64,000 nucleotides of DNA from Octopus sinensis (lineage: Eukaryota): positions 19,716,001 to 19,780,000 of the forward strand of contig NC_043015.1 of assembly GCF_006345805.1 (NCBI RefSeq), given 5' to 3'. The notes beneath the pieces were generated by a model. The model saw nothing but the letters and a program-made list of their open reading frames with translations, did not search any database and was not told the origin of the DNA. Below, one piece after another: positions 40,317 through 55,295 of the stretch. Numbering within the stretch: the stretch's first letter is position 1; each line of letters opens with the position of its first letter. A program made the translations under genes and the position numbers.

Positions 40317-40347
<31 letters not shown>

Positions 40348-40571
40348 CATAGTTATTATTGTTGTTGTTGTTGTTATACCTTTTTACTAAAGGTACAAGG
40401 CCTGAAGTTTTGGAGGAGTGGTGGGGAGCAGTTGATTAGATCAACCCTAGTACGCAACTGGTACTTAATTTATTGACCATGAAAGGATGAAAAGCAAAAT
40501 TGATCTCGTTGGAATTGTTGTTATTATTATTATTATCATCATCATCATCATTGTTATTGTTATTATTATTA

Positions 40572-40612
<41 letters not shown>

Positions 40613-40644
40613 TATTTATTTTTTTAAAATTTCCTTTTTTGCAG

Positions 40645-40818
40645 TGGACTTTTCTGAAGCAGGAAGAGCTGAACATTCTATCACAATAGTTAACCCAGCA
40701 GGAAAGACAATTCCTTTTGAATTAAAAGAGAACAATGCTAAGAATGAAATCTCTTATATTCCAACCACTCCTGGAGGTCACAACATCTTCATAAACTATG
40801 GTGGAATTGAAGTACCCG
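40645..40818 (+). CDS. Filamin-family exon 14 (C4, 174 nt); the gene continues beyond the window
   Basis: ttttttgcag acceptor, gtaagt donor; DFSEAGRAEHSITIVNPAGKTIPFELKENNAKNEISYIPTTPGGHNIFINYGGIEVP(G). Confidence 0.92.
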
Positions 40819-41161
40819 GTAAGTAAAGTACCTCTTTTATATTAAAGTACTACTTGTATGATTCCAAAATCCACCCCATATGACATAGTCCAACCTCTAT
40901 AATTTCAAAGTCCTGTCTTTGAGTTTTTATCTCACATACCTTGGACATTTGAAAATTGTATGAAAATAGAAGAGAGCAACTGAAAAGATTTGTTAATGGA
41001 ATCATTGAATTATATATATATATATATACGTTATTTAAAGCAGCAGAAAATTCAACAGATTTTGTTGAATTTTCTGCTGCTTTAAATAAAGCATATTACT
41101 CTACCACTGGTATTTGAGTACTCTTTTTTTCCACCTTGTTTCACATTTATGTGTTTACTCC

Positions 41162-41196
<35 letters not shown>

Positions 41197-41933
41197 CCGA
41201 AGCCAGTGCCGCCTCGACTGGCTTCCATGCCAGTGGCACGTAAAATGCACCAATCCGACTGTGGCCGATGCCAGCCTCGCCTGGCACCAGTGCAGGTGGC
41301 ACGTAAAAAGCACCCACTACACTCACGGAGTGGTTGGTGTTAGGAAGGGCATCCAGCTGTAGAAACATTGCCAGATAAGACCGGAGCCTGGTGCAGCCTT
41401 CTGGCTTCCCAGATCCCCGGTCGAACCATCCAACCCATGCTAGCATGGAGAACGAACGTTAAACGATGATGATGATGATATATATATATATCTCAAGTGA
41501 CTGGTTCCATTGTTCATGCAAAAGGCTAAAATAATAGTTGTAGAGGGTTCAACAATTTTCCAGTAGGTGCCAGTCAAGGTTTAAGAGGTAGATCAAAGAA
41601 TATTTAAGGTGTCATAGCTAAATCAAATCTTGAAAGACAGTCAAGTGCCCTAAGCAGTCAAGCAAAACCTCAAAATACTTAACAGTGCTTGGTTTTGTCT
41701 TCCTGTGTTCTGAGTTTCAATCCTGCTCAGACTGACTTTACCTTTCATTCCTCTGAAATTAAGAAACTAAGTACCAGTCATATATTGTTTCATTTAACTG
41801 CTGCTGCTACTACTACTACAACTACTACTCTACTGCACTATTATACCTCACTTTGGCATTAAAAGGAGAAATTAATACTGAGTTGATTTTAACATATAGT
41901 GATAAAAATTCTTCAAAACCTGACTAATGCATA

Positions 41934-42213
41934 ATACAGTTCTATAATTAAGAGATGAGGAATTATATACATTATTTATATTATTTACATTTGACGGATA
42001 TTTGTCCTCATCTTGTTTGTTGTTAACACAACCTTTCGGCTGATATACCCTCCAGCCTTCATCAGGTGTCTTGGAGAAATTCGGAACCTGGGTTCTCATT
42101 CCTAAGGTATTTTTCAATGTTATTATTATTATTCAGGTCACTGCCTGGAATTGAACTCACTCTTGGGGTTAGTAGCCCACACTCTTAACCACTATGCCAT
42201 ATGCCCATGGGCA
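41934..42213. mobile_element. Palindromic tRNA-headed element, copy P4 (left arm and centre only)
   Basis: Starts atacagttctata, ends ccatatgcccatgggca; HHR-like motif on - strand at 42025-42070: GACAC-CTGATGA-A-GGCTG-N10-CAGCC-GAAA-GGT-T-GTGTT. Confidence 0.8.
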
Positions 42214-45200
42214 ATTATGGAGTGAATTTTAGGGCTTATAAATCTAATATTTTCCTACCCTTCCTTAATACCAGTTCCCATATGCTATTCATATCTGCGC
42301 TCAGTCTGCTCAGGAGGTTATTGTGTCCTAGCGTATATGTTGCTTTTTTTTAGTTTTTATATTTTCCACTGGTGTTCTCTGTCTATTCTAAATTCACCCC
42401 ACAGGGGGAGGTGGTCTCCATTTTTCCATACTAACTGACATTTCTCCATTTCTGCTGTTTCTGCCATGGATCTTACCCACCCAGAATAGAACTTGATCTG
42501 GGTGGATGGGTAAGTAGGTAGGTAGGTAGGTGCATTTCATTACATTCTTTGTTTACCAAATCCCACTCACTCGCTATTTATCGATTCAAGGCAATAGTAT
42601 AAAGAAGATACTTGCTCAATCTACTGTGCAATGGGATCAAATCCCCAACAACAGGTTGAAGTATGGAATGAACTATCCATTTCAGCTGTTAGCCGACAGG
42701 ACATTGTATCTCTCAAACATTCCATTCTTCCCTGAAATTTGCCAACATTCTTTCTGACATGCTTATGTATCCTTTCTTCTTTGACTCTTTTAACATTTAA
42801 TTTTCAGATTTTGTCTTTTATCCTGTGTACTATGCATGTACTTTGAGCTTGCATTGCTGTCTTTCAAGACTTATTGGTGCTTTCTCTCCCCTCTTTTGCT
42901 CTTTTCCCATTAACTGTAGGGTACCTGACCACTATACAAAAAAGGTCATTATTATTATTAACCACGCAGCAATGCCTACTTATGTAAAAAAAAAAAAGCA
43001 AAAAAACTCCTTGTAATTTTAAACAAAACTTCTCCCCAATATGGAAACCCATAATTAAATACAATTAAGACAGTGATTATTATAATTAAATCAGAGTATT
43101 GTGGTTAGTTTTATTTTTCTCAAAAATAACGAATTTAGTAATGCTTACACATTTTTATTCTGTCTCTTCTTGCTCCTGCAAAACTTAAGTTTTCACTCAG
43201 TGAAAATAATACATCATTAAAGGGAAGTAATTCCAGTTGCACTCGATTTGTTTGCTCTTCTTTCTGTGTTGGACTGTGTAAAGGTGTACTCTATTTAAAG
43301 AATCTGTACTCTTTATAATACTAAGAATTCTCTTATATTTTTTGAGCTCTATACTTCTCAACCCCTCTTTTTCTTTATCTATTTTTAATTTTTCTCTCCA
43401 AATGAATATTATATAGCTTTAAAAGTCAGCAAGCTCACTGGACAAAATACTTAACGACATTTAGACCATATTTAGGTTTTGAGTTCAAATTCTGTCAGGG
43501 TTTTTTTGTCCTTTCGGGGTTGATGGGATAAGTACCAAATGAGTACTGGGGTCGATGTAATCCACTTATGCATCCACCACCACCACCACCCGAAATTGCT
43601 AGCTTTGTGCCAAAATTTAAAATTAATATTGGGTGCTGGTGTAGTATGGGATCTACATGCCATTGTGATCTACAGCAACTTAAATCTAGACTCGCTTGTG
43701 ATCTACATTCAAAATTTTGTTAAAAATGTGCAATTATAATTAGAGGAGTGAGTTAAACATTTAAAAAAGAAAAGAAAAAGAAAAATGTTTAGTGATTTTT
43801 ATTTCATACCAGAAACATGAACACTGTGACTCCTTATACACATCATTGCATTCTTTAGCTCTCATCACAACATTTTTTCAATAGGCTCAGGACTAAATGT
43901 GTTCGCCAACACTACACCTGATTTTCTCCCCTCCATACACACGCAAGCATGTCTCTGACTCATACACTGTTCACTTTCCAGACATTTGTACATTACTGCA
44001 TATGCTTTATATGCACTTTTGACGAGATGTGGTGCACCTGAGTACTATATACAATAATTTCATTATTATTATTATTATTATTATTAAATCATAAAAGCGT
44101 TTTTGGTTTATTTACCAAACCGACCAGAAGTCAAGTAAATGGATGAATTTTAATGTAGATCAAAAAGTCGGTGTAAATCACAAGCTACACCATTTGAACT
44201 AATGTAGATCATAAGCTACACCAAAAATGTGTGTGTAGATCACATACAACACCAGCACCCAATATTGTGTAGTAGAAAATATATAAACACATATATACAT
44301 ACAGAAAAGTGCTTGTATGTGTATATGTGTGTGTGTATTTACCTTTTACTCCAAGGCAGACGTAATGCAATGTCCATATCCACCTGACACCTGAGTCCCT
44401 CTGGCAGGGTCTCCTCTGATCCAAGCATTCAGACCAGGCTTCTGGTCATCAGATATCTTCATCCACCCCTTGCATCAATCACTGAGGCCTTGTAAAGGGT
44501 GTGGCCACTGCCATTACTGCTTAACTAAAAGACTTTAAAAAAACTAAACAAGACATTCCTATAACCACTGTAGGCAAGGGAGATCACTGCAGTTGATATC
44601 TAGGAGTATATATGTGTGTATACATTTGTGTGTCTGTTTGTCCCCCAACATCACTTGACAACCGATTCTGATGTGTTACATTGCCGTAACTTAGCAGTTC
44701 AGTAAAAGAGACTGATAGAATAAGTACTAGGCTTACAAACTGGGTTCAGTTTGCTCGACTAAAGGTGGTGCTCCAGCATGGCCACATTCAAATGACTGAA
44801 ACAAATAAAAGAGTAAAAGAGACCCTAAATTACTGTAGAATTATAACTGTCAGGAACGCAGATCAAGGAAGAATTTCCAGAAGTTTATAGTTCCGAGTTT
44901 AATAGTTTTGGTAAGATAATTAGAGTGCTTTTTGTTGCTTTTTACTTGTTTTTCTTTCTTTTTTTCATGTTGGGGGAAAGCATAGTAAGAATAATGAGAG
45001 GAGAGTCTGGTGAATAAGGTGGGTCCGAACCAGGGTAATACAGCTGTAAGAACTGTTGTTAGTGGTAGTAAGAGGAAGTAGGAGAGTGATGTGGAATGTT
45101 GGTTTATTGTTGGATGTGAGGTAGGAGGGAGTGAGGGTTTGTGTGTGGCAGGTATTCCTCTGGATTTTCTGTTTGAGTTTAGAATTAGGTAGACAGACAG

Positions 45201-45595
45201 ATATAAACAGACAGGCAGGAAGACACATACACTGAAAGAAAAGAGAAAATGATTTCCATCCTGTATATTTTTATGTCTCTTTTAATTGCACCACAAAATG
45301 TCAATTTTGTTTGTTAAAAACAAAAAGAAAAATGCCATGAAGGCAAACAAAGAATGCACATCAAGAAGATAAATTTGTTTGTAGTAAAGGAATCCAGCTT
45401 TACCATTTTATTTTTCTCCCAATTCATTATAAAACAGCACAGGTTGGCTAAATATACTCTAATAATGCTGGCAGGGATTTTCTTTCTGAGTATGAGACAT
45501 TTTGGCTCAGTCATTTTGGCATCACTAATTCTATGCTGACTTATTTAACACAAGACATTTTAATGTTTCTCACATTTTCTCCCCCTCTTTTTCTC

Positions 45596-45702
<107 letters not shown>

Positions 45703-45939
45703 GCATGTGTGTGTGTTTGCCTCCAATACCAAAAAGTATTCTCTCTAAAACAGGAATCCAAACAGCCATGCCTAATTGTCTCATTTTATTTTCTTGTTCC
45801 ACATATATTGACAGCTGAGTCACAGAATGGAAACCTCATCAGTTTGATTGCAGCTGTTGAGTCTTCATATAATCCCAAGAAAGGATTCAATTCAGTTGTC
45901 AGAATTGTTAAAAAGAAAGAACAGATTTTTTTCTTGATG

Positions 45940-46410
45940 GTTTTCATGGAGGGTACCCTTCTGGGCCAGCACTTAAGCAACCATATGGAGATCCTGCTAT
46001 ACCAAAGCATTGTCCTACCAACAGAAATCTTTGGAAAATCACTGCCAAGATCAGTCAGTGGTTCAATGCATTTCACCAATGGTATTCAAGGGACAGAATC
46101 ACAAATTCTGATGTCCTGAGAAGAGCCAATCTGTGCAGCCTGTGGAAGATTGTGGTGGAAAGAAGAGTGAGACTCACAGGTCACGTTTTTTGACTGCCAG
46201 AAGAACAAATACCCAAGATAGCTATATAATGGGTACTGCCGGTGGGGGGGGGGCAAAGAAAGATAGGGAGAGCCAGGAGGATATGGCATGCACCTTCAAA
46301 GAAGATTTGAAGCAACTCCTAGGAAGATGCAAGTAACTATAGCCAAAACCAGGATTCTTGGAGACATCATGCTGCCTGATGTACTGGACAACTGTATGTA
46401 AGGAACCAAG
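45940..46410 (+). mobile_element. Degenerate RTE-clade LINE 3' fragment
   Basis: LLYQSIVLPT/WKITAKISQWFNAFHQWYSRDRITNSDVLRRAN...RRVRLTGHVF*LPEEQIPKIAI*WV. Confidence 0.7.
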
Positions 46411-47076
46411 ATGAAGGCCATTCTGGAAGTAACTCAAGCACTGTCTCTTTTATAATTATGCACCAGTCACAACTTATGTGCATAGCTCATTTGAATGTTG
46501 TTTTTTAGGCTAATGTCACACAAATTTAAGCAGATTTATAATTTATCCATAATTTTTTTCCCCAGGCACTGTACATTATCTTGGGTTTCTCTTCTTTTAA
46601 GATGGTACAATGTTGTTTGAGGGAGATTTGGTTGTTATTTCTAATAGGTCAAATGATCACACAGACTTGTCTGTAGACCTATAAAATGTTAACATTTTGG
46701 GGTCACTAAAAAGAAAAATAGACGTTTTGAACAAACATCTTCTACTATAATCCCTACACCAACCAAAACCTTGTGACTTTAATCTGATAAACTGAAAAGA
46801 AGCTCATCATCATCATCATCATCATTTTAACGTCCACTTTTCCATATTTTCATGGGTTAAGCAGTATTTGTTGGGGCAGGTTTTGTACAGTTGGATACCC
46901 TTGCTGTTGCCAACCCTTACCTGTTTCTTAACAAGGGAACATCTCCTCATGCCAGATACTTTTGTGCTGAATACTGGGGGGCAACGTAGTCAATTACATC
47001 AACCCCAGTACTCAACTGGTACTTATTTCATCAGCCCCTGGAAGGATGAAGGGCAAAGTTAACCTTAGAGATATGC

Positions 47077-47112
<36 letters not shown>

Positions 47113-50079
47113 CCTGTCTACTAAAGGCACAAGGCCTCAAATTTGTTGGGTGGGCACTAGTTGATTTTATTGACCCCAGTGTTTTACTGGTACTTATTTC
47201 AGCGGAGTTTGAACCAATAATAATAAAAGTATATTAATAATGGTTTTCAATTTTGGCACAAGGCCAGCAAGAAGAGGGAGATAGTTGATTACCTGGCCAC
47301 CACCCCACCCCTCCCAGTACTTAACTGGTACTTTATTTTACCTGGTACTTCCTTTTCTTTATCGACCCTGAAAAAGATGAAAGGAAGAGTTAACCTCTGA
47401 CCTCTATATTATTTGAACTCAGGATGTGATAAATGAAAAACAATACATTATTGTCTTAAGTCATCATTCAAGAATAAAGACAGATTGGAATGCAATGGAA
47501 TGGGTTAAATCAACACTGGCAAAAAGTATTCAGTGGCCACACACACACACACACACCAACATCATACACCCTAACCTCACACACCTACCCATGACCCCAT
47601 TAATAGAAATATCGTTGGAAAATAGTTTCAGATGATCTGGATGACTAACTGAGTGGTTTGACAAGATGAGATTAATTTCCAGTTAATGTTTGTTTAACGC
47701 AGAACAAACATGGCACAGATTAAAGTTGACCATTTCTTCATCAAACAAAAGCTGTTGGGACCACCACCCACAAACACTACCACTACTATTACAACAGCCC
47801 CCATTTCTATTATGACCACTGTTACCACCAACACCACCACCATTGCAACTACAACCACCACCACCACCACTACTACTACTACTACTACCACTGCCCTACT
47901 TCAACCTCGTTAGGCCAACTATTAAACTATCAACAATACAATTTGCAATTCAGCAATTAAAGGCGTCGTCTTGTAGCTTCTACTTATGAGTTAATGTGTA
48001 TTTCTGTCAAACTATTCACATTCTCAGTTCAAATTTAGCAAAGGTCAATATTGTCTTTTGCCATTTCAGGATTGGTAAAATGAAGGACCAGAGTTGGAGT
48101 TGATGGTATCAATGAAATTCTTTCCCCTAAAACTTCTGGCCTTGTGCTTATATAAGAAATTATTATTATTACTATCATTATTATTGACAACTCATGCCAT
48201 CAGAGTGACACTGGGGTACAAATATACAAAACCCAATGTACCCATCATGACCACCTGTCTGATAAAGGTACACCAGGTATATGCATCACAACCATATGTG
48301 CATGACATGGTGATCTCCTATTGAGATAAACAGCCCATGACCTCGAAGACAGTGCCCAGTTAAAATTTTCTTGAGGTCAAGTAGCCCATCCTGCTCAAAA
48401 GGTCCTGAAATGAGGTTGTTTAATGATGATGAACAAAACACCCATGTTTCCAGAGGTGAATTATTCAAACCTCAAAGAAACCCTTTCAATACATGGTTAT
48501 GATGCCCTCACCCACTAGATCTGCTTGTGATCACTTTAAGCAAAGCCACTTTAAGCAAAGTTCTTCAATAACCTCAGACACAACCATTACCTTGGATCGC
48601 AGGACAGCCTGCTATGCTTACCTTGGATCATTGGGCGACCTGCTGTGCTTGAGAAGACCTATTGAGTCAAGTGCATCAACATCAAAATAAAAATCAAATG
48701 GAAATTGTTGTTGTGATCCCTGTGCCTGTGGCCCGTAAAAAGCACCATCCAAACATGGCCGATGCCAATGCCACCTTGGCTGGCTTCCATGCTGGTGGCA
48801 CGTAAAAAGCACCAACTGATCATGGCCGTTGCCAGCCTCCTCTGGCCCCTGTGCCAGTGGCACGTAAAAAGCACCCACTATACTCACGGAGTAGTTGGTG
48901 TTAGGAAGGGCATCCTGCTGTAGAAACACTGCTAGCATGGAAAATGGACAAACGTTAAATGATGATGATAACGATGATGATGACTTCATGGTCTTAGGAG
49001 TGGATTCGGTTGTCAGAAACTGAAAGAAGCCCATCCTAACCTTCTGATCATTTTAACATCAGTCTTCCATGCTAGATTAGATTGGACAGTTTGACAGGAT
49101 CCAACAAACCAGATGGAATGTCTTCTAAGCTGGTCAGAGTGGATTCACACCAACAACACTGCTGTCCAAATAATATCGTCCTTCAAAGAAGGGATTCCAC
49201 AATGAATGTCATGTATCAATGTCCAAGTTCTACTGTACAATAGGGAACCCCATAGCAGAGACTCCTCCATTTATAACCTGTCCCCAGTTCTTGTCATGTG
49301 CTGTAAAGAATGTTCAGCAAGGGAGATAATTCTCTATCTATAAAACCCAAGCACATCTCAGATCACAGCAGACAATTGTGTTGAGTTCCAATTTCTGTTT
49401 TAGCATGGATTCATAGACTGGATTCACTGCCTAATGACATCCATGCATTGTGTGTGTGTGTGAGGTGTGTGTTAGTATTGGTCCCCCACCACTACTTGAT
49501 GACCGATGTTGGTTTGTTTACATCCCTGTCACTTAGCACTTTGACAAAAAGAAACCAAATGTATAAGTAACAAACTTAAGAAATAAGTAATGAGGTCAAT
49601 CTGTCTAACTAAACCCTTTAAGGCAGTGCCCCAGCATGGCCACGATCCAGTTACAGAAACAAAAGATAAAAGATTATAACTACAACAATAATGATGGTGA
49701 TGGTGATGGTGATGTTGAACTAAATTCAAAACAACTGCATCTGTTCAGTGTATTCCATCTCTGATCTTTGAATAATTCTTCTGCCATTCTTTGTATCTTA
49801 AATTAATTTGATGGAATATTCTAAAAAAAGTCACAACAGGAAGGGTATTGAACCACAGAAAGCCTGCTTCAGTAAATGCTATGTAACCCCTGCAAACAGG
49901 ATAAGGTGGATATGATGAGGGTGGTGATGATGACAAGGACGATGACGACAGCGGCGATAATGATGACGGTGGTGATATTAAGAAATCCATAAAATAATAT
50001 TTATTTTCTGTTCAACTATGAAAAGACACTGACTATAAAAGATGTCACCTGTCAACCAACAGGTTCAGTTCTGTGTGTA

Positions 50080-50128
<49 letters not shown>

Positions 50129-51219
50129 AAGTCACAGTTGTTTTTTTTTATTTTTGGTTGTTTACCAACCGCCACCCAATTTGCTGCGACAATAAACCCA
50201 CAAAAATACTTCACACCTCCTCCCTCCAGCAATTTATTTGCACAACATCTAAGATCTCTAAAAGTACACCTGTAAGGATTTCATTATATATATATATATA
50301 TATATATATAGGGAGATAGTTCACGAAAAAAACAAAAGATGAAGACAGATAGTGTACAAAACAAACAGATGTATTAGTATAATGCTCACGAATAGAAAAA
50401 CTCTTTTGTTTTGAGCTTAGCTCTTCTACAGAAAGGGACACAGAAAAAAAACAAGGAGAGAAAAAAATGTGTGTAGTGACTAACGATTTATCATGGCGAC
50501 TGCCGGACAGAAGGGTCACACAGGAGAGTGAAGAAGTAGGGGAGATAACAAAGTAAAGATGACCCTCCCAACACGAAGGTGCATGTGTGTATAAGAGAGT
50601 ATGTATGTGCGTGTGAAAGAGGGCTGATGGTCTGGACGTGTGCGTGTATGTATGTGTAGGTGTGAAAATGTGGGGATGGGAATTGGTCAGTGCTGGTGCA
50701 CACACACATACATATATATATATATATTTCCATCGTCTTGGCTTAACAGCCCTCATCGTTTGTTTTTACTGTGTTATTCTCTTTGTCCTGTCTTTTACTG
50801 TTTTTACTTGTATTGTTTTTACTGTTTTGTTTTGTTCTTACTGTCCTGTTCTTGTTACCACTTTTACCCCTCTGCAAAAAATCTCAAATTTTATTTAATT
50901 TGCTTTGCGGGAAGGACTGTTTCAACAAAGTTGCATCTTGTCTTTACCTTCAAAATGCAGACTAGACCAAACAGGGACAACTGAAGAAGGGGAATATTCC
51001 TTGTGTTGTATGTCTTGTACTCTTTTTTTCATTGTTTGAAAAAAAGTTTGTTTCCATGTTTTTGTTTTTATGTTTTCGTTTCTCATTGTGTTCTACGTTT
51101 TTTGATGTCCTGTACCAATATATGCATGTATATATACATATAGATGTAGGTATGCACATATATGTATATGTGTATATATTTATATATTATTAATATTATA
51201 TATATATATGTATATACAT

Positions 51220-51278
<59 letters not shown>

Positions 51279-51688
51279 TATATAAATACACATATCATCA
51301 TCGTTTAATGTCTGCTTTCCATGCTAGCATGGGTTGGATGGTTTGACTGAGTACTGGCAAGACAGATGGCTGCGCCAGGCTCCAATCTAACCTGGCTATG
51401 CTCAAGTGGTGTTTTTTACATGCCACCTGCACAGGAGCCAGTCCAGCGGCACTGGCAACAACCTCGCTCAAATGTTTTTCACATGCCACCGGTATGAGTG
51501 CCAGTAAGGCGACGTTGGTAATGGTCATGTTCAAATAGTGCTTTTTACATGCCACCGACATGGAAGCCAGCTAGCTGCTCTGGCAACGATCACGCTTGGA
51601 TGGTGCTCTTAGTGCTCCACTAGCATGGATGCCAGTCATTGAATTTGATTTCGATTTCACTTGCCTCAACAGGTCTTTGCAAGCAGAG

Positions 51689-53105
51689 GATGGCCACCAC
51701 AAACACCAACACACACGTCACAAAAATATTTCTAGTAAAAGTAGGAGGGCTGTTGCGTGGCAACTGTAAAAGGAAAATCTCATTCCTGAGAAACCTTGTG
51801 GCATGCAATCAAGCTCTATGCATGGCACTCATAGAAACACATCTTAACCTGATATAGGGGATGCAGAAATAAACATACTTGCAATACGTTGTCAGACGCT
51901 CAGAGAGAAAAGGGAGGAGTCATGGTGGAGTTGCAGTGTACATCCGAGATGACCTCATGCCCCAGGTCCTGTTGTCATATTCAAACTCAGTGTGTGTCAC
52001 TCAAATTGTACACATAAGACAATTGAATATCGTCATATGTACTACATATCGCCCACCAGATGCCCCAAATCACACAAGCATGTTTGAAGACTGCCTTGCA
52101 AAAATAGAAGTTCTCACCAAACTGGAACAATATAACATTGTATTCTTCATGGGTGACTTTAACTTCCCCAAAGTGGAATGGCCTGGGTGGGGGGCAGATG
52201 TTCCCAGGGATGAGACACCATCAGCAAGCACAGGCAGAGTCCCTGCTCCACCTCACAAATGCCTCTTTCATGGAGCAGATTGTGCTGCAAACCACCAGGG
52301 CAAATAATATACTGAATCTCTGCTTCACAAACAATATAGACATTATTCATAATGTTAAATTGATGCCGACATAACAGAGCTGTCTATGTATGGACCAAAA
52401 TCCCCCGCGGATGCACAGCCTATACAAAGCATCCACAATCTCTCCAAACTAAACTTTCATAAAGCATATAGGATGTTGATTGAGAAAGAGATTCTCAAAC
52501 AGGATTGGCCTAAATGTCTCTCCACACCAGACATTGATATGAAACGCAAACGTTTCATGTACATAATACAAGCCATATGTGACAAATGTGTCCCAGTGTG
52601 CAGGGCCAGCACACACAAAAACAGGATCCCTAGGGAAAGGAAGATTCTTATGAGACAACGGACAAGGATTGCAAGCTGCCTGAGCAAGCACTCCAAAAGT
52701 GGTGAGAAGTCTCGCCTCAAAAGAATGGAAATTGAGAAAAGTCTGCATCAGTCTCATGAAAAGGAGAGATCAGATAAAGAAGCTTGGGTTATAGAAAATA
52801 TCAAGTCAAACCCTAAAGCCTTCTTTAAGTTTGCCAAAGAGATGGCTGCAGTGTGCCAGAGGATAGGACCTCTCTTCCAAAAAGATGGTTCCCTCACAGG
52901 AAATCCCATGAGGATAAGTGAAATACTGAACGAACAGTTCCAAAGTGTGTTCACTACACCTCTAAGACACAGGCAAGTAAACAAACAAGAAGAATTCTTT
53001 GCCACTATACTTGTAGAAGCAAAAATTGAGTACATTAACATTGAAGATGATGATATCACACTAGCCATAGGTGAGATTGACACAAACTCAGCTGCTGGAC
53101 CTGAT
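51689..53105 (+). mobile_element. CR1/L2-type LINE, 5' half of ORF2 (APE endonuclease plus linker), frameshifted
   Basis: ALIETHL...HGGVAVYIR...TYRPPD...MGDFNFPKVEW...TRANNILNLCFTN...IKSNPKAFFKF...IDTNSAAGPD, then stops abruptly. Confidence 0.88.
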
Positions 53106-53190
53106 AGATCCTCCAAACTTTCAGAACAGAAGAGAAGGAGACAGTGCTGGTATTTTGGAAGACATTCCTCCTCAGATGCTTGTATATATA

Positions 53191-53233
<43 letters not shown>

Positions 53234-53380
53234 GTGAAATAGAAAGATGAATAATCTTGTGGTAGATTAATCAAAAGTTTACCGATACCTTAGTAGCAAA
53301 AATCACAGCAGTAAACAGCACGGTTGGAGGTACAACCATCTGGCGTTGCAACCGTGCGTTGGTGCGGATAATTGAAATTA

Positions 53381-54983
53381 AAACATTATTGGTGAATTGA
53401 AGAAAGAGCTGAACGCAGATTGAACAGAAATCGTTTTATTTCATTCTACACGTGTTTCGAAAGGCACAAATTACCCAAATCCGATTGAATAATGGGACCA
53501 TATTGTGTCTTTCTCTTCAGGAAGAAAAAGGAAATCCGTTGGAAAACAAAAACAGAACAGAGGCGGAGCAAAAAACAATCGAACTGTGCTCCTAAGAGCC
53601 CATGGCGAAACTGTTTATCAGTGTATGTTGAGAACCGGTGGCTGAAGAATTCAACGGGTCAGGCATCGGTCAATCATGTGGGTGAGGGTGTATAGATGTT
53701 CTTTGTGACCGAGAATAAAGTTCTGACTATTTAAAGAATATTGGATGTTTATAAGGGGCGAGAAAAATCTACTTAGAGACGTGGTGTGTGTATACTGTTC
53801 TATATGTGTGTGTTGGCGTAGGGGTAGAAAACATTTTTTGTGTACGTGTGTGCGTTTGATCGTTCGGCTGTCAGTGGCTACTGCCGTGATAACCGTTGGG
53901 TGGCAGAAAGAAAAAAAGAAAAAATTATAATATATATTATGTTTTATGTGTGTGTGTGTTCATCTAAGCCTGCCTTGTCAAGGAAACCCCCGCTGTGAAA
54001 AAACCAAGCCCCGTTTGTCTTACAGGAGTAATTCCCCTTGCAGTGGTAATCGTAGATATCTTAAAGGCTATTTCAGAAATTTGTTACCAAGGGCTATGGG
54101 TGCCGGTATTATTTATAAACGCTATTTAGAGGCCAGATAAGTGTAACGCCGCCAATGGGGCATCGAAAAGCCGACTGTAAGAGTCGGCTTTTCGATGCCC
54201 CCATTGGCGGCGTTACACTTATCTGGCCTTTAAATAGCGTTTATAAAAATACCGGCACCATAGCCCTTGGTACAAATTCTGAAATAGCCTTTAAGATATC
54301 TACGATTAACCACTGCAAGGGGAATTACTCCTGTAAGACAAACGGGGCTTGGTTTTTTCACAGCGGGGGGTTTCCTTGACAAGGCAGGCTTAGATGAACA
54401 CACACACACATAAAACATAATATATATATTAATTTTTTTATTTTTTTCTTTCTGCCACCCAACGGTTATCACAGCAGTAGCCACTGACAGCCGAACGATC
54501 AAACGCACACACGTACACAAAAAATGTTTTCTACCCCTACGCCAACACAACATATATAGAACAGTATACACACACACACGTCTCTAAGTAGATTTTTTCT
54601 CGCCCCTTATAAAACATCCAATATTCTTTAAATAGTCAGAACTTTATTCTCGGTCACAAAGAACATCTATACACCCTCACCCACATGATTGACCGATGCC
54701 TGCCCGTTGAATTCTTCAGCCACCGGTTCTCAACATACACTGATAAACAGTTTCGCCATGGGCTCTTAGGAGCACAGTTCGATTGTTTTTTGCTCCGCCT
54801 CTGTTCTGTTTTTGTTTTTCCAAAGGATTTCCTTTTTTCTTCCTGAAGAGAAAGACACAATATGGTCCCATTATTCAATCGGATTTTGGTAATTTGTTGC
54901 CTTTCGAAACACGTGTAGAATGAATAAAACGATTTCTGTCAATCTGCGTTCAGCTCCATTTCTTCAATTCACCAATAATGTTT
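53381..54983. repeat. Long inverted repeat with ~800-bp arms (53381-54176 and 54182-54983) and a 5-nt spacer gtaag
   Basis: Arms align as reverse complements along their length; centre aaaagccgact-gtaag-agtcggctttt; differences are mostly 1-nt indels. Confidence 0.92.
54840..54920 (+). ncRNA. Type-I hammerhead-ribozyme-like motif with canonical core, right arm (mirror copy at 53444-53523 on -)
   Basis: TTC-CTGAAGA-GAAAG-N46-CTTTC-GAAA-CACGTGT-A-GAA: palindromic helix III ACACGUGU and GUA triplet; activity untested. Confidence 0.62.
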
Positions 54984-55295
54984 ATATATATATAATATAT
55001 ATATATATAATATATATATATATATGTAAATGACATGCAGACCGGATACACTGGCCTGGGAAGAATTGTAATTCCTGAGTCAAATTCAGTGCATGACCTG
55101 GGCATTGACATAAGCAATATGCATCTTACCAAGTGCATATTGCCAATTTGGTAATAAAATGCAGACACCTAGTTGGATAGATCCTCCAAACTTTCAGAAC
55201 AGAAGAGAATGAGACAGTGCTGGTATTTTGGAAGACATTCTTCCTCAGACGCTTATATATATATTATACATATATATATATACATATATATATAT

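Noticed and set aside
50978-51010. CTGAAGA-AGGGAATATTCC as another hammerhead
   Set aside because: No GAAA follows the putative helix II
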